A program made the position numbers and the translations under genes. A stretch of DNA of 64,000 nt, from the NCBI GenBank assembly GCA_965246885.1, contig OZ251992.1, positions 736,001-800,000 on the forward strand, given 5' to 3'. This document shows positions 1 through 10,665 of the stretch, piece after piece. The stretch comes from Abditibacterium sp. GTDB taxonomy: Bacteria > Armatimonadota > Abditibacteriia > Abditibacteriales > Abditibacteriaceae. A model generated the notes under the pieces. It searched no databases, had not been told where the DNA came from, and saw only the letters and a list, made by a program, of their open reading frames with translations. The number at the start of each line of letters is the position of its first letter. Position 1 is the first letter of the stretch.

Positions 1-237
1 CGCGTCGAGCAAGCGCGCGTTGGCGATGCCTAAACTGTCCCGCGCGGCGAAATCGGGGTGTTGCGAGGGGTCGGCCCGCCACATCTCTTCGGAAATGCGG
101 CCATCGCTGGTAAAGGCGAACTGCCACTGGGCGCGGCTCGATTCGCTCATGAGGTGCGAAATCAGCAGCCGTTCGTAATGCCCCATGCCCATGCGGGGGC
201 CGGGGCGGTTTTGCGAGAGAAAATGAACGCGAGGCAT
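1..237 (-). CDS. Partial CDS running off the window start; possibly a glycosyltransferase (GT4-like) N-terminus
   Basis: Manual translation from ATG at 237 is open to base 1: MPRVHFLSQNRPGPRMGMGHYERLLISHL...; the G-x-G-x-Y-x-x-x-L pattern resembles GT4 N-termini. Confidence 0.4.
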   Translation of the reverse strand, partial: MPRVHFLSQNRPGPRMGMGHYERLLISHLMSESSRAQWQFAFTSDGRISEEMWRADPSQHPDFAARDSLGIANARLLDA

Positions 238-369
238 TAACTTCTTATAGGCTACTGGGTGCGCGTTCAAAGCGCGTCGCGCGGTGCGAGAAAGCCGACA
301 TTCTTTCCGTTCCTTGGCTCCGCTTCTGCGTCCATTCCGTGTTCCTTGAAACACCCTTGCCAACTCGCT

Positions 370-1842
370 ATGACAGACGAAATCCTTGCGCGCGCTTTGC
401 ACTCGACCGGCACCTTAACGCGCGAACAACTTCAAGCGGCGGCGCACGATCGCGGCCCTCAGGAGCGCTTGGGGCATACCCTGATTCGCATGGGTTTGCT
501 GACCCCGGCCCAATTGGGGCGCATCACGTCGGGCCATTTTGAAAGCAACGGGCACCTTCCCCAGTCGTCGGAGCAAGCTCCGACGACGCCCAAGCCCGCT
601 CCTGAAGTCGTCGAAGACTTGACCTCGCTGCCGCTTTTCGTGGTCGGCAGCGACGACTCCACCGACGCGGCTCAAGCGCCCGTTGTGCGCTACGCCAACG
701 AACTGTTGCGCTACGCCATCACCTTGGGCGCCTCCGACGTCCACTTTGAGCCGCAACCCGATGGACTTTTGCCGCGTTACCGCATAGACGGCGCCTTGCA
801 AGCGGGCCAACTGCTGCCGGTTGAACTCTCTTTGCCCATCTTGTCTCGCTTTAAGGTGCTGGCGAACCTCGACATCACCGAGCAACGCATGCCTCAAGAC
901 GGGCGCTTCCGCGTTACCATCGGGAGCAAAACCATTGACTTCCGCGTTTCCAGTCTTCCCTCGTTGCACGGCGAAAAGATCGTCCTGCGCTTGCTCAATC
1001 ACTCCTCCTTGGAAACCGATTTGGGCCGCTTGGGGTTCGCGCGCCGCCACAAAGCGCAGTTCGAGAAGATGCTGAGTCGCTCGCACGGCATGATTTTAGT
1101 CACCGGCCCGACCGGTTCGGGCAAAACCACCACTCTTTATGCCGCCCTTGGCGCCGCCCGCGACGACACCAAGAACGTCATGACCATTGAAGACCCGGTC
1201 GAATACGAACTGGCGGGCATCACCCAAACTTCCATTCAAGCCGACATCGGTCTTACCTTCGCCCGCGTCCTGCGCGCCGCGCTGCGCCAAGACCCCGACG
1301 TGGTGCTCGTCGGCGAGATACGCGACGAAGAAACCGCCGACATCGCCGTGCGCGCCGCGCTGACGGGGCACTTGTTGCTTTCGACCATCCACACCAATTC
1401 GGCGATTGGCACCATTGGGCGTCTGCGGGATATGGGCGTTCCGTCCTACTTGCTCGCCTCTTCAATGGCGGGCATTCTCGCGCAACGCTTGGCGCGGCTC
1501 ACTTGCCGCTCGTGCCGGGTCATTGCCGCGCCGGACGACCCGCGCCGGACGGAGTGGGCGCAGTTCTTCGACTTGCCCGCCGATGCCCCCTTTCAAATCG
1601 GCGCCGGTTGCGACAAGTGCCGGGGCAAGGGCACGCGGGGCCGCGTCGCCATCATCGAGATATTGGAAATTGACTCCGCCCTGCGCCGCGCCATCAGTTC
1701 GGACGAAGACGCCGAATCGCTGCGCGACCGCGCGCGCTCCGAGGGCTTTCTCTCTCTCATGGACGACGCCCGCGACAAAATCCTCGCCGGGTTCCTATCT
1801 CCCGAAGAAGCCATGAAGGTGCTGATGGGGCACGAAGAGTGA
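370..1842 (+). CDS. GspE/PulE/PilB family secretion or pilus assembly ATPase
   Basis: ASDVHFEP, PQDGRF, Walker A GPTGSGKTT, TIEDPVEY, LRQDPDVVLVGEIRD, two CxxC motifs and an N-terminal RLG..L motif; ATG at 370 chosen. Confidence 0.93.
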   Translation: MTDEILARALHSTGTLTREQLQAAAHDRGPQERLGHTLIRMGLLTPAQLGRITSGHFESNGHLPQSSEQAPTTPKPAPEVVEDLTSLPLFVVGSDDSTDAAQAPVVRYANELLRYAITLGASDVHFEPQPDGLLPRYRIDGALQAGQLLPVELSLPILSRFKVLANLDITEQRMPQDGRFRVTIGSKTIDFRVSSLPSLHGEKIVLRLLNHSSLETDLGRLGFARRHKAQFEKMLSRSHGMILVTGPTGSGKTTTLYAALGAARDDTKNVMTIEDPVEYELAGITQTSIQADIGLTFARVLRAALRQDPDVVLVGEIRDEETADIAVRAALTGHLLLSTIHTNSAIGTIGRLRDMGVPSYLLASSMAGILAQRLARLTCRSCRVIAAPDDPRRTEWAQFFDLPADAPFQIGAGCDKCRGKGTRGRVAIIEILEIDSALRRAISSDEDAESLRDRARSEGFLSLMDDARDKILAGFLSPEEAMKVLMGHEE

Positions 1843-1870
1843 CGTGGGGCCTCCTATAAACTCGCGCCCC

Positions 1871-2536
1871 ATGCCTTCCACTCCGCACGGCCTGCCGCGC
1901 GCTTATCGCTTGACGTTCCCGCTCTACTACGCCTTTATCCGCACGCTTACGCGCGCCATGTGCCCACGCTTTCGGGTGACGGGGCGCGCGAATGTGCCCT
2001 ATCGGGGGCCGGTCATCTTCGCGCCCAATCACTTGTCCGACTTCGACCCGCCCCTGATTGGCGCGGCGGCGCGCTACCCGCTTTGTTACATGGCCAAGCG
2101 AGCGCTGTGGGAGGTGGGTTGGCTCGGCAAACTGCTGACGTTCATGGGCTGTATTCCCGTTGACCCCGGCTCGCCCGACCGCGCCGCGCTTAAAGCGTGC
2201 CGCGCCATGCTCGACGCGGGCGAGTCGGTGGTGGTGTTTCCCGAAGGCAAAATCTCTGAGAACAGTGAGACCGGGCCACTGCTTCCGGGCACGGTCGCGC
2301 TCGCGCTGGGCGCGCGGGTGCCGATTATTCCCGTTGGCATTTGGGGCGTGCAATACGCCTTGCCCTATGGAGAGGTTCTCCCGCGCCCCACGTTCGAGCG
2401 CGTGCGCCTGCATTTCGGCGCGCCGCTTCGCTTTGACGACCTGCAAGAGTTGCAGGGCCGCGCAGCGCGCGAGGCGGCGCTCGACCGCTTGGAAACGGCG
2501 CTGCACGCGGCGATAGAAGTGGCCAAGCGAGGGTAA
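1871..2536 (+). CDS. plsC: 1-acyl-sn-glycerol-3-phosphate acyltransferase (PlsC family)
   Basis: NHLSDFD (HX4D), FPEG and VPIIPV motifs. Confidence 0.85.
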   Translation: MPSTPHGLPRAYRLTFPLYYAFIRTLTRAMCPRFRVTGRANVPYRGPVIFAPNHLSDFDPPLIGAAARYPLCYMAKRALWEVGWLGKLLTFMGCIPVDPGSPDRAALKACRAMLDAGESVVVFPEGKISENSETGPLLPGTVALALGARVPIIPVGIWGVQYALPYGEVLPRPTFERVRLHFGAPLRFDDLQELQGRAAREAALDRLETALHAAIEVAKRG

Positions 2537-2546
2537 GGTGACAAAC

Positions 2547-2578
2547 CAAAACCCGCGACGAGATTCGGCGCGGGCTTT
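2547..2578. terminator. Possible bidirectional hairpin terminator between convergent genes
   Basis: aaaaCCCGCG...CGCGGGcttt inverted repeat. Confidence 0.4.
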
Positions 2579-2597
2579 GGGGGTTGGGGCCTTCGGT

Positions 2598-3356
2598 TTA
2601 CTTGCCGAAGGTGTAGCCGACTTGGACGAAGATGCGGCCATCGTTACCCGCGAAGCCCGAACGCTGGATGCCGACGGTGGCCCCGAACGGTTGCTCGGCG
2701 GCGCGATAGCGCAGACCAAGCGAGTAGGGCGCGCTGCCGCCCTTGATGGTCTTGGTGCCAAATTCGCCGACGGCCTGCACTTCACCGGTGCGGGTTAGGG
2801 GCACTTCGGCGCCCGCGAAAACGGAGGCGCGGTTGGTGCTACCGCTGAACCCCTTGACTTGATAGTGGTCGTAGCGCACGCCCAAATGACCGATGATGCT
2901 GGGGTTGGTCTCGTTGGTGGCGTTGCCAAAGGACTTGGACGCGACGAGGTAGCCGCGCGTGTTTTGCAAGGTGGTGACTTCCGAATAGCCAACGCCAGCC
3001 GCCAAACGCACGCCGAGCTTGTCGGTTTCGCGGGTGAACAAATACTTGGCGCCCACGCTGAAGCGGGTTTTGGAGCCGGAGCTAACGCCATTGGCATCGA
3101 GGTAGTTGACGGCGCCGTTGATTTCAAACGGAGCTTTGGCCGACGGGCGCACCGCGACGCCGACGGAGTAGAAGTTGGTGGAGCTACCCAGATCGTAATA
3201 GTTGCCCTGCAAGCGGACGCCGCCTTGTTGGGGCACTTGGGCGGTGGGGTTGATGGGCAAGCCGACTTCGCCGTTGTAGTTGAGGTCGGCGTGTGCGAGG
3301 CCGGACGTTCCGGCGATGGTGAGCGTCGCCAAGGCGACTTTGAAGATGGTCTTCAT
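2598..3356 (-). CDS. Putative outer-membrane beta-barrel protein (YjbH-like)
   Basis: Signal peptide ending AHA, GEVGLPINPTA motif, amphipathic beta strands, C-terminal VQVGYTF. Confidence 0.65.
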   Translation of the reverse strand: MKTIFKVALATLTIAGTSGLAHADLNYNGEVGLPINPTAQVPQQGGVRLQGNYYDLGSSTNFYSVGVAVRPSAKAPFEINGAVNYLDANGVSSGSKTRFSVGAKYLFTRETDKLGVRLAAGVGYSEVTTLQNTRGYLVASKSFGNATNETNPSIIGHLGVRYDHYQVKGFSGSTNRASVFAGAEVPLTRTGEVQAVGEFGTKTIKGGSAPYSLGLRYRAAEQPFGATVGIQRSGFAGNDGRIFVQVGYTFGK

Positions 3357-3566
3357 GGTGAGAAATCCGCGCGCGTCGGCTTTTGCCCTACCGTTTTCCT
3401 TTGGTTTCATGCCTCGATAAAGCGGTGCAGTGTCCACGTTTCCTACACCAATATCGAAGCGCTCACCTCGCGGAACGTGCGGCTGGGCGTAAAGCGTTCG
3501 CAATGCGGATGAAACAATTTTGATTGTCTTGCGGTGATTCGTCAAGTTTGGCGCCTGAACGCCCTC

Positions 3567-4196
3567 TCAATCAATGGAAATGACGACGTGCTCGCTCGAC
3601 TTGCAGTTGGGACAGACCATCTTGATGTTGCCCCACAAATCCTCCTTCTCGAACTGCGCGCGCGGGGCTTGGTGGCCGCACAAATCGCACGCAGCCCAGC
3701 CCGGAGCGAGGGCGCCCGTGCTTTCCTCGTCCTCGACGGGCAGGCCAAAGGGGTTCTCGTAAACCTTGGGCGGGGCGTTGTAACGGTAGGCGCGCCGCAA
3801 ATGCGCCACGACGCGCGCCATCAGTGCGGCAGGGCGCAAGGGGAGCGCGAGATAGTCATCGGCCCCGGTTTTCAGCGCGGCGATTTCGCTGGATTCTTGG
3901 CCTGCGCCCATCATCACGACCGGAACGCCCGATGCTTCGCGCACCCATTTGCAAAAAGCGAGGCCGTCCATTCCCGCACTGTTTGCTTCGCATAGCAGTA
4001 AGTGCGGCTGCAAGTCAGCAAAGAGGTGTTGTCCTGCGACGAACTCGCTTGCGTGGTGGCAATCGAATCCGGTGCGCGCCAGATGCCCCAACAGTTGCGC
4101 GGCAAATTCGGCGTCGTCTTCTAACAAGAGGATGCGAAAGCGGTTATCGGGCGGCGCGGCGGGTAGAACGAGGGAGGTGGAAGAAGCGATGGCCAT
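3567..4196 (-). CDS. Response regulator receiver (atypical, Asp replaced by Glu) with C-terminal zinc ribbon
   Basis: ILLLEDD, LLLCEANSAGMDG, GADDYL; C-terminal CDLC...CPNC. Confidence 0.8.
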   Translation of the reverse strand: MAIASSTSLVLPAAPPDNRFRILLLEDDAEFAAQLLGHLARTGFDCHHASEFVAGQHLFADLQPHLLLCEANSAGMDGLAFCKWVREASGVPVVMMGAGQESSEIAALKTGADDYLALPLRPAALMARVVAHLRRAYRYNAPPKVYENPFGLPVEDEESTGALAPGWAACDLCGHQAPRAQFEKEDLWGNIKMVCPNCKSSEHVVISID

Positions 4197-4289
4197 TGCA
4201 GATGAGACAAGCAGGAGACGCGCCGCCCCGCCGGACTACGGTGGAATTGTGTCAAAGCCCGCCGCGCCGTCTGGGAAGCGCGCCGTCCG

Positions 4290-5448
4290 AGGGGCATGCC
4301 CTTGACGGCGCTTTCTCCAACGACGGAAAGAGTTCCTTCGCCACGCACGAACCGGGCGGCTTTGCCAGCATGGACTTCGGCCATGCACGACGCGTGGCGT
4401 TCCTCCATATCAAGGGTGGCGACGACTGGGACGGCGCGAAACTGCAAGGCGCGGGCGACGCGAACGGGCCTTGGACGGACTTGTTCTCCCCAAATACTCG
4501 CCCAAAGGCTGGCCCGACCAGAGGATCACCGTCAACGATTCGACGCCCTTCCGCTTCTTGCGCTACCTGAGCGGGCCGGGCAACAGCTTCAGCCTCAGCT
4601 ACTTCGACCCCCTACACCCTGAGCGCCTCCGCCAAGGGCTGCGTGCTCAAGTTCTCGCCCGACGGTTGCCAGTTAACCACCCTTGACATCGAGAACGCCT
4701 CCGCCGTCGCGTGGGACGCCCACAACAAGCGCCTCCGCACAACGCGGGCTATATGGGCCGGGGCGCTTCGACGAGATTCGCGGCATCGGCGTGCATATGG
4801 GCGGCAACGTCTATGTCGGCATGGTCGGCTCGTATGGCGTAGACCAAACGCGCTTGGAAGCCTACACCCCCAACGGCAAGCAGTTATTGAAGATGATGGG
4901 GCTTGGCTTCGAGAACCACTGCGCCGTATCCCCGTCGCCTTTTTCGCGGGCCTCAACACCGGCTCCACTTGGCCGCCCAACCCCTTGGCGTCGGGCGCTT
5001 TTGTGGAACGCCCTGAACTGCGACGGCAAGTTTCAAGGCGACGAGTACGAGAAGACTGACTCCTATCCCGCGCCTTTTGCTGCCACCAATACCACCCAAA
5101 GCATCGGCTACGACAACGCCAGCCGCGCCCTTTTCGTGGCCGGTTTTACGCCCGACCTCAAGAACAGCGTCGGCGGCAAGCAGGGCTTTGGCCGCGTCTT
5201 GGTGCGTTACGCCGTCGCGGGCAACAAGGTCGAGCGCATGGATCACTTCCTTTCTGGACTGGGGCGAGTGGAAGGAGATCGGCCTTCTTCGCACCCCCAA
5301 CGCTGCTTCTTACGCCGACGCAAACCTCAAGACTGGCCAGAAATACGCCTACCGCTTGCGCGCTTACAGCATGGGCCAAGGGCACGGCGGCAGCGACTAC
5401 ACGGCCAGCGTCTTTATCCAAGCGGGACAGGAAGATGCAAAGAAGTAG
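4290..5448 (+). pseudogene. Fragmented remnant of a multidomain secreted protein (discoidin-like, NHL/propeller-like and FN3-like pieces)
   Basis: Protein-like segments switch frames: ...DWDGAKLQGAGDANGPWTDL / ...TPFRFLRYLSGP / LKFSPDG..ENASAVAWD / GRFDEIRGIGV / ...YADANLKTGQKYAYRLRAY; no intact start. Confidence 0.6.
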
Positions 5449-5481
5449 ACCGCGTCGCGCACCCTAAGCTCTCTTGCTAAA

Positions 5482-6564
5482 ATGACGGATATGAATTCAT
5501 CTTCAGTGCGTGTTGGCTTCATAGGCACCGGGCGGGCGGACGTAGCCCGCAGTGGCAAGGGCTACGCGATGGCGCACGAGCATGCGCGCGGCTACGGAGC
5601 GTTGCCGCAGTGTCAGCTAACGGCCTGCGCCGACATCGTCGAGGACAACGCGCGCGCCTTCGCCGACAAGTTCGGCGTTCCCGGCGTATACACAAGCTAC
5701 GACGAGATGCTCCAGCACGAGCAATTGGACATCGTGAGCATTTGCACGTGGCCGTTCTTGCACGCGCCGATGACCATCGCCGCTTGCCGTGCTGGGGTGC
5801 GCGCCGTTCACTGCGAAAAGCCGATGGCGCTCACCCTTGGCGACGCGCATGCCATGAGCGACGCCGCGCAAGCAAGCGGCACGAAGCTAACATTCAACCA
5901 TCAGCGCCGCTTCGGGCGCCTCTTCGTTGCCGTCAAGGAACTTGTCGAAGGCGGCGCCATCGGCCAATTGAAGCGCATCGAAGCCTCGTGCGGGGACTTG
6001 TATGACTTTGGCACGCACTGGGTAGACATGATGTGCTTTTGGAACCGCGAAACCCCCGGCGAGTGGGTGATGGCGCAAATAGACCGCGCCAGCGACAAGC
6101 GCGTCTTCGGCGCGCCCGTCGAAACATCCGCTGTCTGCTTGTTCGGCTTCGCCAATGGCGTCGAGGGGTTGGTGCTAACCGGCGACGACGCCCAAACGCG
6201 CCCCGCCTTCACCTTGCACGGCGACAAGGGCCACATCGTCGTCAACTGGGGCGGCGAGCGCGGCCCCATCGTCGAACTGCACCCGCTTGGCGGCGCGGTG
6301 CAAGCCGTTGAGGTCGGCGACGACCACTTGCACGGCCCCGGCTACGTCGAGCGCGCCATCGCCGACGCCGTGCGCTGCTTGCAAAGCGGCGAGGAATCCC
6401 AAATGTCGGCGCGCCACGCCCTTCATGCGACGGAGATCGTCTTCGGCGCCTACGAGTCGTCGCGGCGCCGGGGCCGCGTCGCCCTGCCGTCGGGTGTTTC
6501 CGACTCGCCCCTGCTTTCGATGATCGAGGGTGGCCAACTGCCCGAAGTCCCACCCGCCGAATAA
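5482..6564 (+). CDS. Gfo/Idh/MocA family oxidoreductase
   Basis: VGFIGTG Rossmann motif, CEKPMA, DFGTHWVD. Confidence 0.9.
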   Translation: MTDMNSSSVRVGFIGTGRADVARSGKGYAMAHEHARGYGALPQCQLTACADIVEDNARAFADKFGVPGVYTSYDEMLQHEQLDIVSICTWPFLHAPMTIAACRAGVRAVHCEKPMALTLGDAHAMSDAAQASGTKLTFNHQRRFGRLFVAVKELVEGGAIGQLKRIEASCGDLYDFGTHWVDMMCFWNRETPGEWVMAQIDRASDKRVFGAPVETSAVCLFGFANGVEGLVLTGDDAQTRPAFTLHGDKGHIVVNWGGERGPIVELHPLGGAVQAVEVGDDHLHGPGYVERAIADAVRCLQSGEESQMSARHALHATEIVFGAYESSRRRGRVALPSGVSDSPLLSMIEGGQLPEVPPAE

Positions 6565-6582
6565 GGAAGAACAAGCACCACC

Positions 6583-7346
6583 ATGCCAAGCCTCAACATA
6601 GACCAACACGTGGATGAACTGTAAGATCAGGGCTTCACCGCCTTGCACGCCCTGTGGAGCGAGGCGGACTGCCAACGGATGCGCGACATCATGGACGACT
6701 TTTGGCGCTCGCAAGGCAGCCCGTCCTTGGCGAGTCACGCTTTCGGCTTCACCATCCATCCCATGATGGCGCGCGTGCCGCGTACGGCGCCCTTCTTCGA
6801 GCGCGACGAACCCAACGAAATCATGCGCCGCGCCTTGGGCAAAGAGCCGCGCTTGGTGCACATGGGCGCGCGGGTGTCCGGCCCCGCGTCCGTCCCGCGC
6901 ATCCCTTGGCACCACCACTACGGCAATAGCGGCCAATCCGAGTGGAATCCCGATGACCTTTCCACCCGCACCCGCTTGGAGCGCGTTTTGTCCGGCGTGT
7001 ATGTGGATGGCACCTTGCCCGCAAGCGGCCCCTTCATCGCCCTGCCGCGCCGCTGCGCTGACCCGCTCGGCGACCCCAAGGCGACTTGAATGAGGCGTGG
7101 GCGGGCGAGATCAAAGTCGAAATGCCGCCCGGCTCCATCGCCGTCTTCGACACCGCCCTCTGGCACGCCGCCGCCAAAGGCACGGGCACCGTCGCCCGCC
7201 GCTTGTGGGGCGGGCACTACCAAGGTTGGGACGAAACCGGCACCCACCCCGAAGATAACGAGGTGGATTCCCCCACAATCGCCGACCAACTGCCCGCGCT
7301 CCCGCAATTGCGCGCCCTACTGGGAGGCGACGCGGTGAGGGCCTAA
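6583..7346 (+). pseudogene. Phytanoyl-CoA dioxygenase (PhyH) family pseudogene
   Basis: ATG 6583, in-frame TAA at 6622 just before DQGF, frameshift near 7075-7089, then GSIAVFDTALWH. Confidence 0.75.
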
Positions 7347-7403
7347 CTCGCGGCGCGAGAGAAAGGAAGAACCGACCGCGCGCCGCGTTGTCTATTCCTG
7401 TCC

Positions 7404-10400
7404 ATGAAACTTTTGAAGTCCGCCGCCATTATCGGGCGTTTGGCTGCTTTGGGCGCGGCGTTGTCGGGAAGCTGTGCCCGCGCCGCCGATGTGCCCACCG
7501 ATAAGACCCCCGGCGCTTGGGATGGCGTGACCGCTTCGGCCAAGCTCGCCGAGCCGTATGAGAACTCGCTCCAAGCGCGCGCGCAAACGACGGGTTTGCT
7601 GTCTTACTACGAGCAGCCTTGGCGCGCTTACATGGACACCTGGGACGCGCGGCAGTGGAACGACTGCCTCGCAGTGAACTTCAACGTCCTGCCCAAAGAC
7701 GCCGAAGCGACGGCGCAGGTGTTGGCCGATGCGGGCTTCAAACACGCCCGCGTCGAGTTCGGCTGGGGCAACTTCGACTACGACAAGGAAACCCTGCTCT
7801 CCGATAAACGACAGGGGATGTTGGATTCCCTCCGCCTCCTGCAAAAGCACGGACTGCGGCCCTTGCTCTTGCTCAACTCCCACCACGCCGCGCCCTGCCC
7901 ATTTCGCAACGTCTTCGTGGAGCTTACCGCCGACGCCAAAAAGGGTGACAAAACACTCAAAGTCAAAGACGGCTCGGCGATTCGTGTGGGCTACACCGGC
8001 CCGATGTATGGCCCCGAATACTGCGCCGCCAAACCGCTCGTCACCAAGGTGGACGCCGACGGGACGTGTCACCTTTCCACCGCCTTGGCCGACGACCTTC
8101 CCGCCGGTCGTCAGCCCTTGTGGGAACTGAAATACCAGCCCTTTCACGGTTCCAAAGTCACCGGCGCGAGCGATGCCGAGAACGCGGTCTGGGCCGCCTC
8201 CTCGCAAGCCACCATGAAGGGCTGGGAACGCTATGTGAGCGAGACCTGCGCCTTGGCGCAAGAAGCGCTGGGCACCAAAGGCAAGCCCGACGCGGGCTTT
8301 GACCTCGAAGTGTGGAACGAATTCACCTTCGGCTCCAATTACCTGAATTACAACAACTACACCGACGACAAGCTCGCCTTTGCGCCCTTCACCTACTCCC
8401 ACACCCGCCCGATGCAAGCGGGTTACGCGCCCGATGCCAAGCGGACGTTCTCCTACTCCGGCGATGCTTCGGGCGAAATGTTCGGGCGCACCTGCGATTT
8501 CATCACCAGCCATAGCGCCGACTTCCCCGGCGTCAAGGTGGACAACGGCTTCTTGAACCAAGTGCCCTACGGTTCGGGCGCCGATTCATGGGATGGGCAG
8601 GCCGCCATCTCGCGGCACTTCTACACCGGCAACTGGGTCGAAATCAACTCCAAAACCGCGCGCCCCGACATGGGCACCATTGACGCCTTGGGCAATCTCG
8701 ACGGCACCAAAGGCCCGAAAGACTACTTCGACATCGTTCCCGGCACCAACTTTATCCCCACCTTTCGCGCCGGATTCCCGGAGTGGGGCTTTTCCGCTTT
8801 CCAGTTGGAAAAGACCATCTCCAATCTTCTGCCCGACGCGCGGCTGGGCGGCTCGCGCTACTCGCACAACGGCGACTTCCACCCCGTCGAACTGTGGCAG
8901 ACCGAGTTCAACTACGGGCGCGCCGCGATGTTCGAGGCCATCTTCAAAGACACCCACGCCGCCCACGACGACCCGCGCATGGTGGCCCTCGATGACTTCA
9001 TAGACGGCAAGTTCATGCTGCGCTCGTTCGTTTTCCAGAACCACAAGGGACTTAAGCGCCTGTATATGTTCGCGCCCGTAGACGCGCCCTTCCAAATCGG
9101 CATGTTTTCCCCCGCCTACTTCGCTGCTTTGGGCAAAAGCGGCGGCAAACTCACTCCCGACGTGCGGGCGCATATCCCCTCGGCCTACGCGGGCCTTTCT
9201 TGGATGAGCAAGCAACTGGGCGCCGCCGACAAGTTGGACGCGCCGCGTCCCTTGCGTGTGGATGGCTTGACCGAATACAAGCCGCGCCTCATCTTCGCGG
9301 GCGACGGGAGCGCCAAGCACCCCGACCGCTTCAACCGCGACTGGTTCGCCTTTTTGCCCTACCAACTGAGCGCGAACAAGTTCCTCGTGCCCTATTACGT
9401 CGTCGTCCCCGACGCCTCGAAAATCTGGTCGCCCGCCAAAGACCCCTTCGACAAGACGCGCTACGTCATGCCCGACCAAGAGTTCGACGTCCAAATCGGC
9501 AACTGCGCGGGAACCGGCGCCAAGGTTTCGGCTTACGACCCGCTCACTAATACCGCCGTTCCCGTCAAAGTCGTCAGCGCCACAGGGAATAGCCTGACCG
9601 TGCGCTTGCAAACCAGCGATTACCCGCGCGTTTTGACAGTCGAAGAAGCCAAAGTCGGCCCGCAGATTCTCGACCCCCGCGTTACCTCCGATGGCGCGGG
9701 CAAGCTGACCGTCAGTTGGAAAACCAACGTGCCCGTCAACGCCGCCAAGGTGACATACGGCAAAGGTTGGCAGAACCGGGGAGCGCAAGAAGTCGTGCTC
9801 AAAGGCGGCGTGAGCGCCTACTCCGTCAGCATCCCGACCGGACAAAAGGGCATCTTGGCCGCCCGCATCAAGGTCACGACGAACGGGCTTTCCGACGTGT
9901 GGCCACGCTGGGACGAGGATGTCCAAGGCCAAACTGTCGTTCCCGGTTCCACGCCTGATGATGTGAAAGCCGCGCCTTCGACGCTCCCGACGACCCCCGG
10001 AGGTGTCGCGCCCGCCGCTCCTACGCCGCTTGTCGCGCCTGCCAACGTGAAGTTGCCCGTCCTCGAAACCAACGCCACGCGCGGCTATCGCCTCGGCCTG
10101 CCTGCCGGAACCACCTTGAGCGGCCCCGACGACGAGCGCGAAGGCAACCTCGGAAGCGGCGCGAACGCGGTGCGCTTGCGCGTCCGTTTCTTGCCCGGAG
10201 CCGCCGCGTCCGCCGCGCAGTTCCTGCCCGCCACCTCCGCCATTGACGCTTCCTCGCTACGAGCCTTGACCCTGCCGGACAAAACCGCCGCGACTTTGGC
10301 GACCTTCGACCTCGCCGAGGCCGCCCACCCCGGCATGACGAATTTGGCGCAACGCTTTTTGCTCGTGCCTACCGGCAAGGGAAATGGTGACCTCCTGCTT

Positions 10401-10487
10401 CTGGCCATTACGGGCACTTCCGCCGCCATCAAGGAAAACGAGCCGCTCATCGCCGCCATTTTCGCGGGGGTGAAAGTCAATCAGTGA
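7404..10487 (+). CDS. Large secreted glycoside hydrolase-like protein (GH-A clan) with C-terminal beta-rich domains
   Basis: Signal peptide; EVWNEF (acid/base) and LWQTEFNY (nucleophile) motifs; Pro/Thr linker before the last domain. Confidence 0.65.
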   Translation: MKLLKSAAIIGRLAALGAALSGSCARAADVPTDKTPGAWDGVTASAKLAEPYENSLQARAQTTGLLSYYEQPWRAYMDTWDARQWNDCLAVNFNVLPKDAEATAQVLADAGFKHARVEFGWGNFDYDKETLLSDKRQGMLDSLRLLQKHGLRPLLLLNSHHAAPCPFRNVFVELTADAKKGDKTLKVKDGSAIRVGYTGPMYGPEYCAAKPLVTKVDADGTCHLSTALADDLPAGRQPLWELKYQPFHGSKVTGASDAENAVWAASSQATMKGWERYVSETCALAQEALGTKGKPDAGFDLEVWNEFTFGSNYLNYNNYTDDKLAFAPFTYSHTRPMQAGYAPDAKRTFSYSGDASGEMFGRTCDFITSHSADFPGVKVDNGFLNQVPYGSGADSWDGQAAISRHFYTGNWVEINSKTARPDMGTIDALGNLDGTKGPKDYFDIVPGTNFIPTFRAGFPEWGFSAFQLEKTISNLLPDARLGGSRYSHNGDFHPVELWQTEFNYGRAAMFEAIFKDTHAAHDDPRMVALDDFIDGKFMLRSFVFQNHKGLKRLYMFAPVDAPFQIGMFSPAYFAALGKSGGKLTPDVRAHIPSAYAGLSWMSKQLGAADKLDAPRPLRVDGLTEYKPRLIFAGDGSAKHPDRFNRDWFAFLPYQLSANKFLVPYYVVVPDASKIWSPAKDPFDKTRYVMPDQEFDVQIGNCAGTGAKVSAYDPLTNTAVPVKVVSATGNSLTVRLQTSDYPRVLTVEEAKVGPQILDPRVTSDGAGKLTVSWKTNVPVNAAKVTYGKGWQNRGAQEVVLKGGVSAYSVSIPTGQKGILAARIKVTTNGLSDVWPRWDEDVQGQTVVPGSTPDDVKAAPSTLPTTPGGVAPAAPTPLVAPANVKLPVLETNATRGYRLGLPAGTTLSGPDDEREGNLGSGANAVRLRVRFLPGAAASAAQFLPATSAIDASSLRALTLPDKTAATLATFDLAEAAHPGMTNLAQRFLLVPTGKGNGDLLLLAITGTSAAIKENEPLIAAIFAGVKVNQ

Positions 10488-10665
10488 TTCCCAGACGTCC
10501 GGCGACGGCTGACAGGCGTTTGTCAGCCGATGACAGAAGCGCGCCACTCGCCGACAGAGGCGCGCCACTCGCCGACAGAGGCGCGCCACTCACTGGCAGA
10601 AGCGCGCCACTCACTGGCAGAGGCGCGCCACTCACTGGCAGACGTCTGTCAACGGCTCACCGATG
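10488..10665. repeat. 21-bp tandem repeat element (family A)
   Basis: Five near-identical units of g[a/g]caga[a/g]gcgcgccactc[gcc/act] from 10532, with degenerate flanking units and hairpin cggctgaca...tgtcagccg. Confidence 0.9.
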
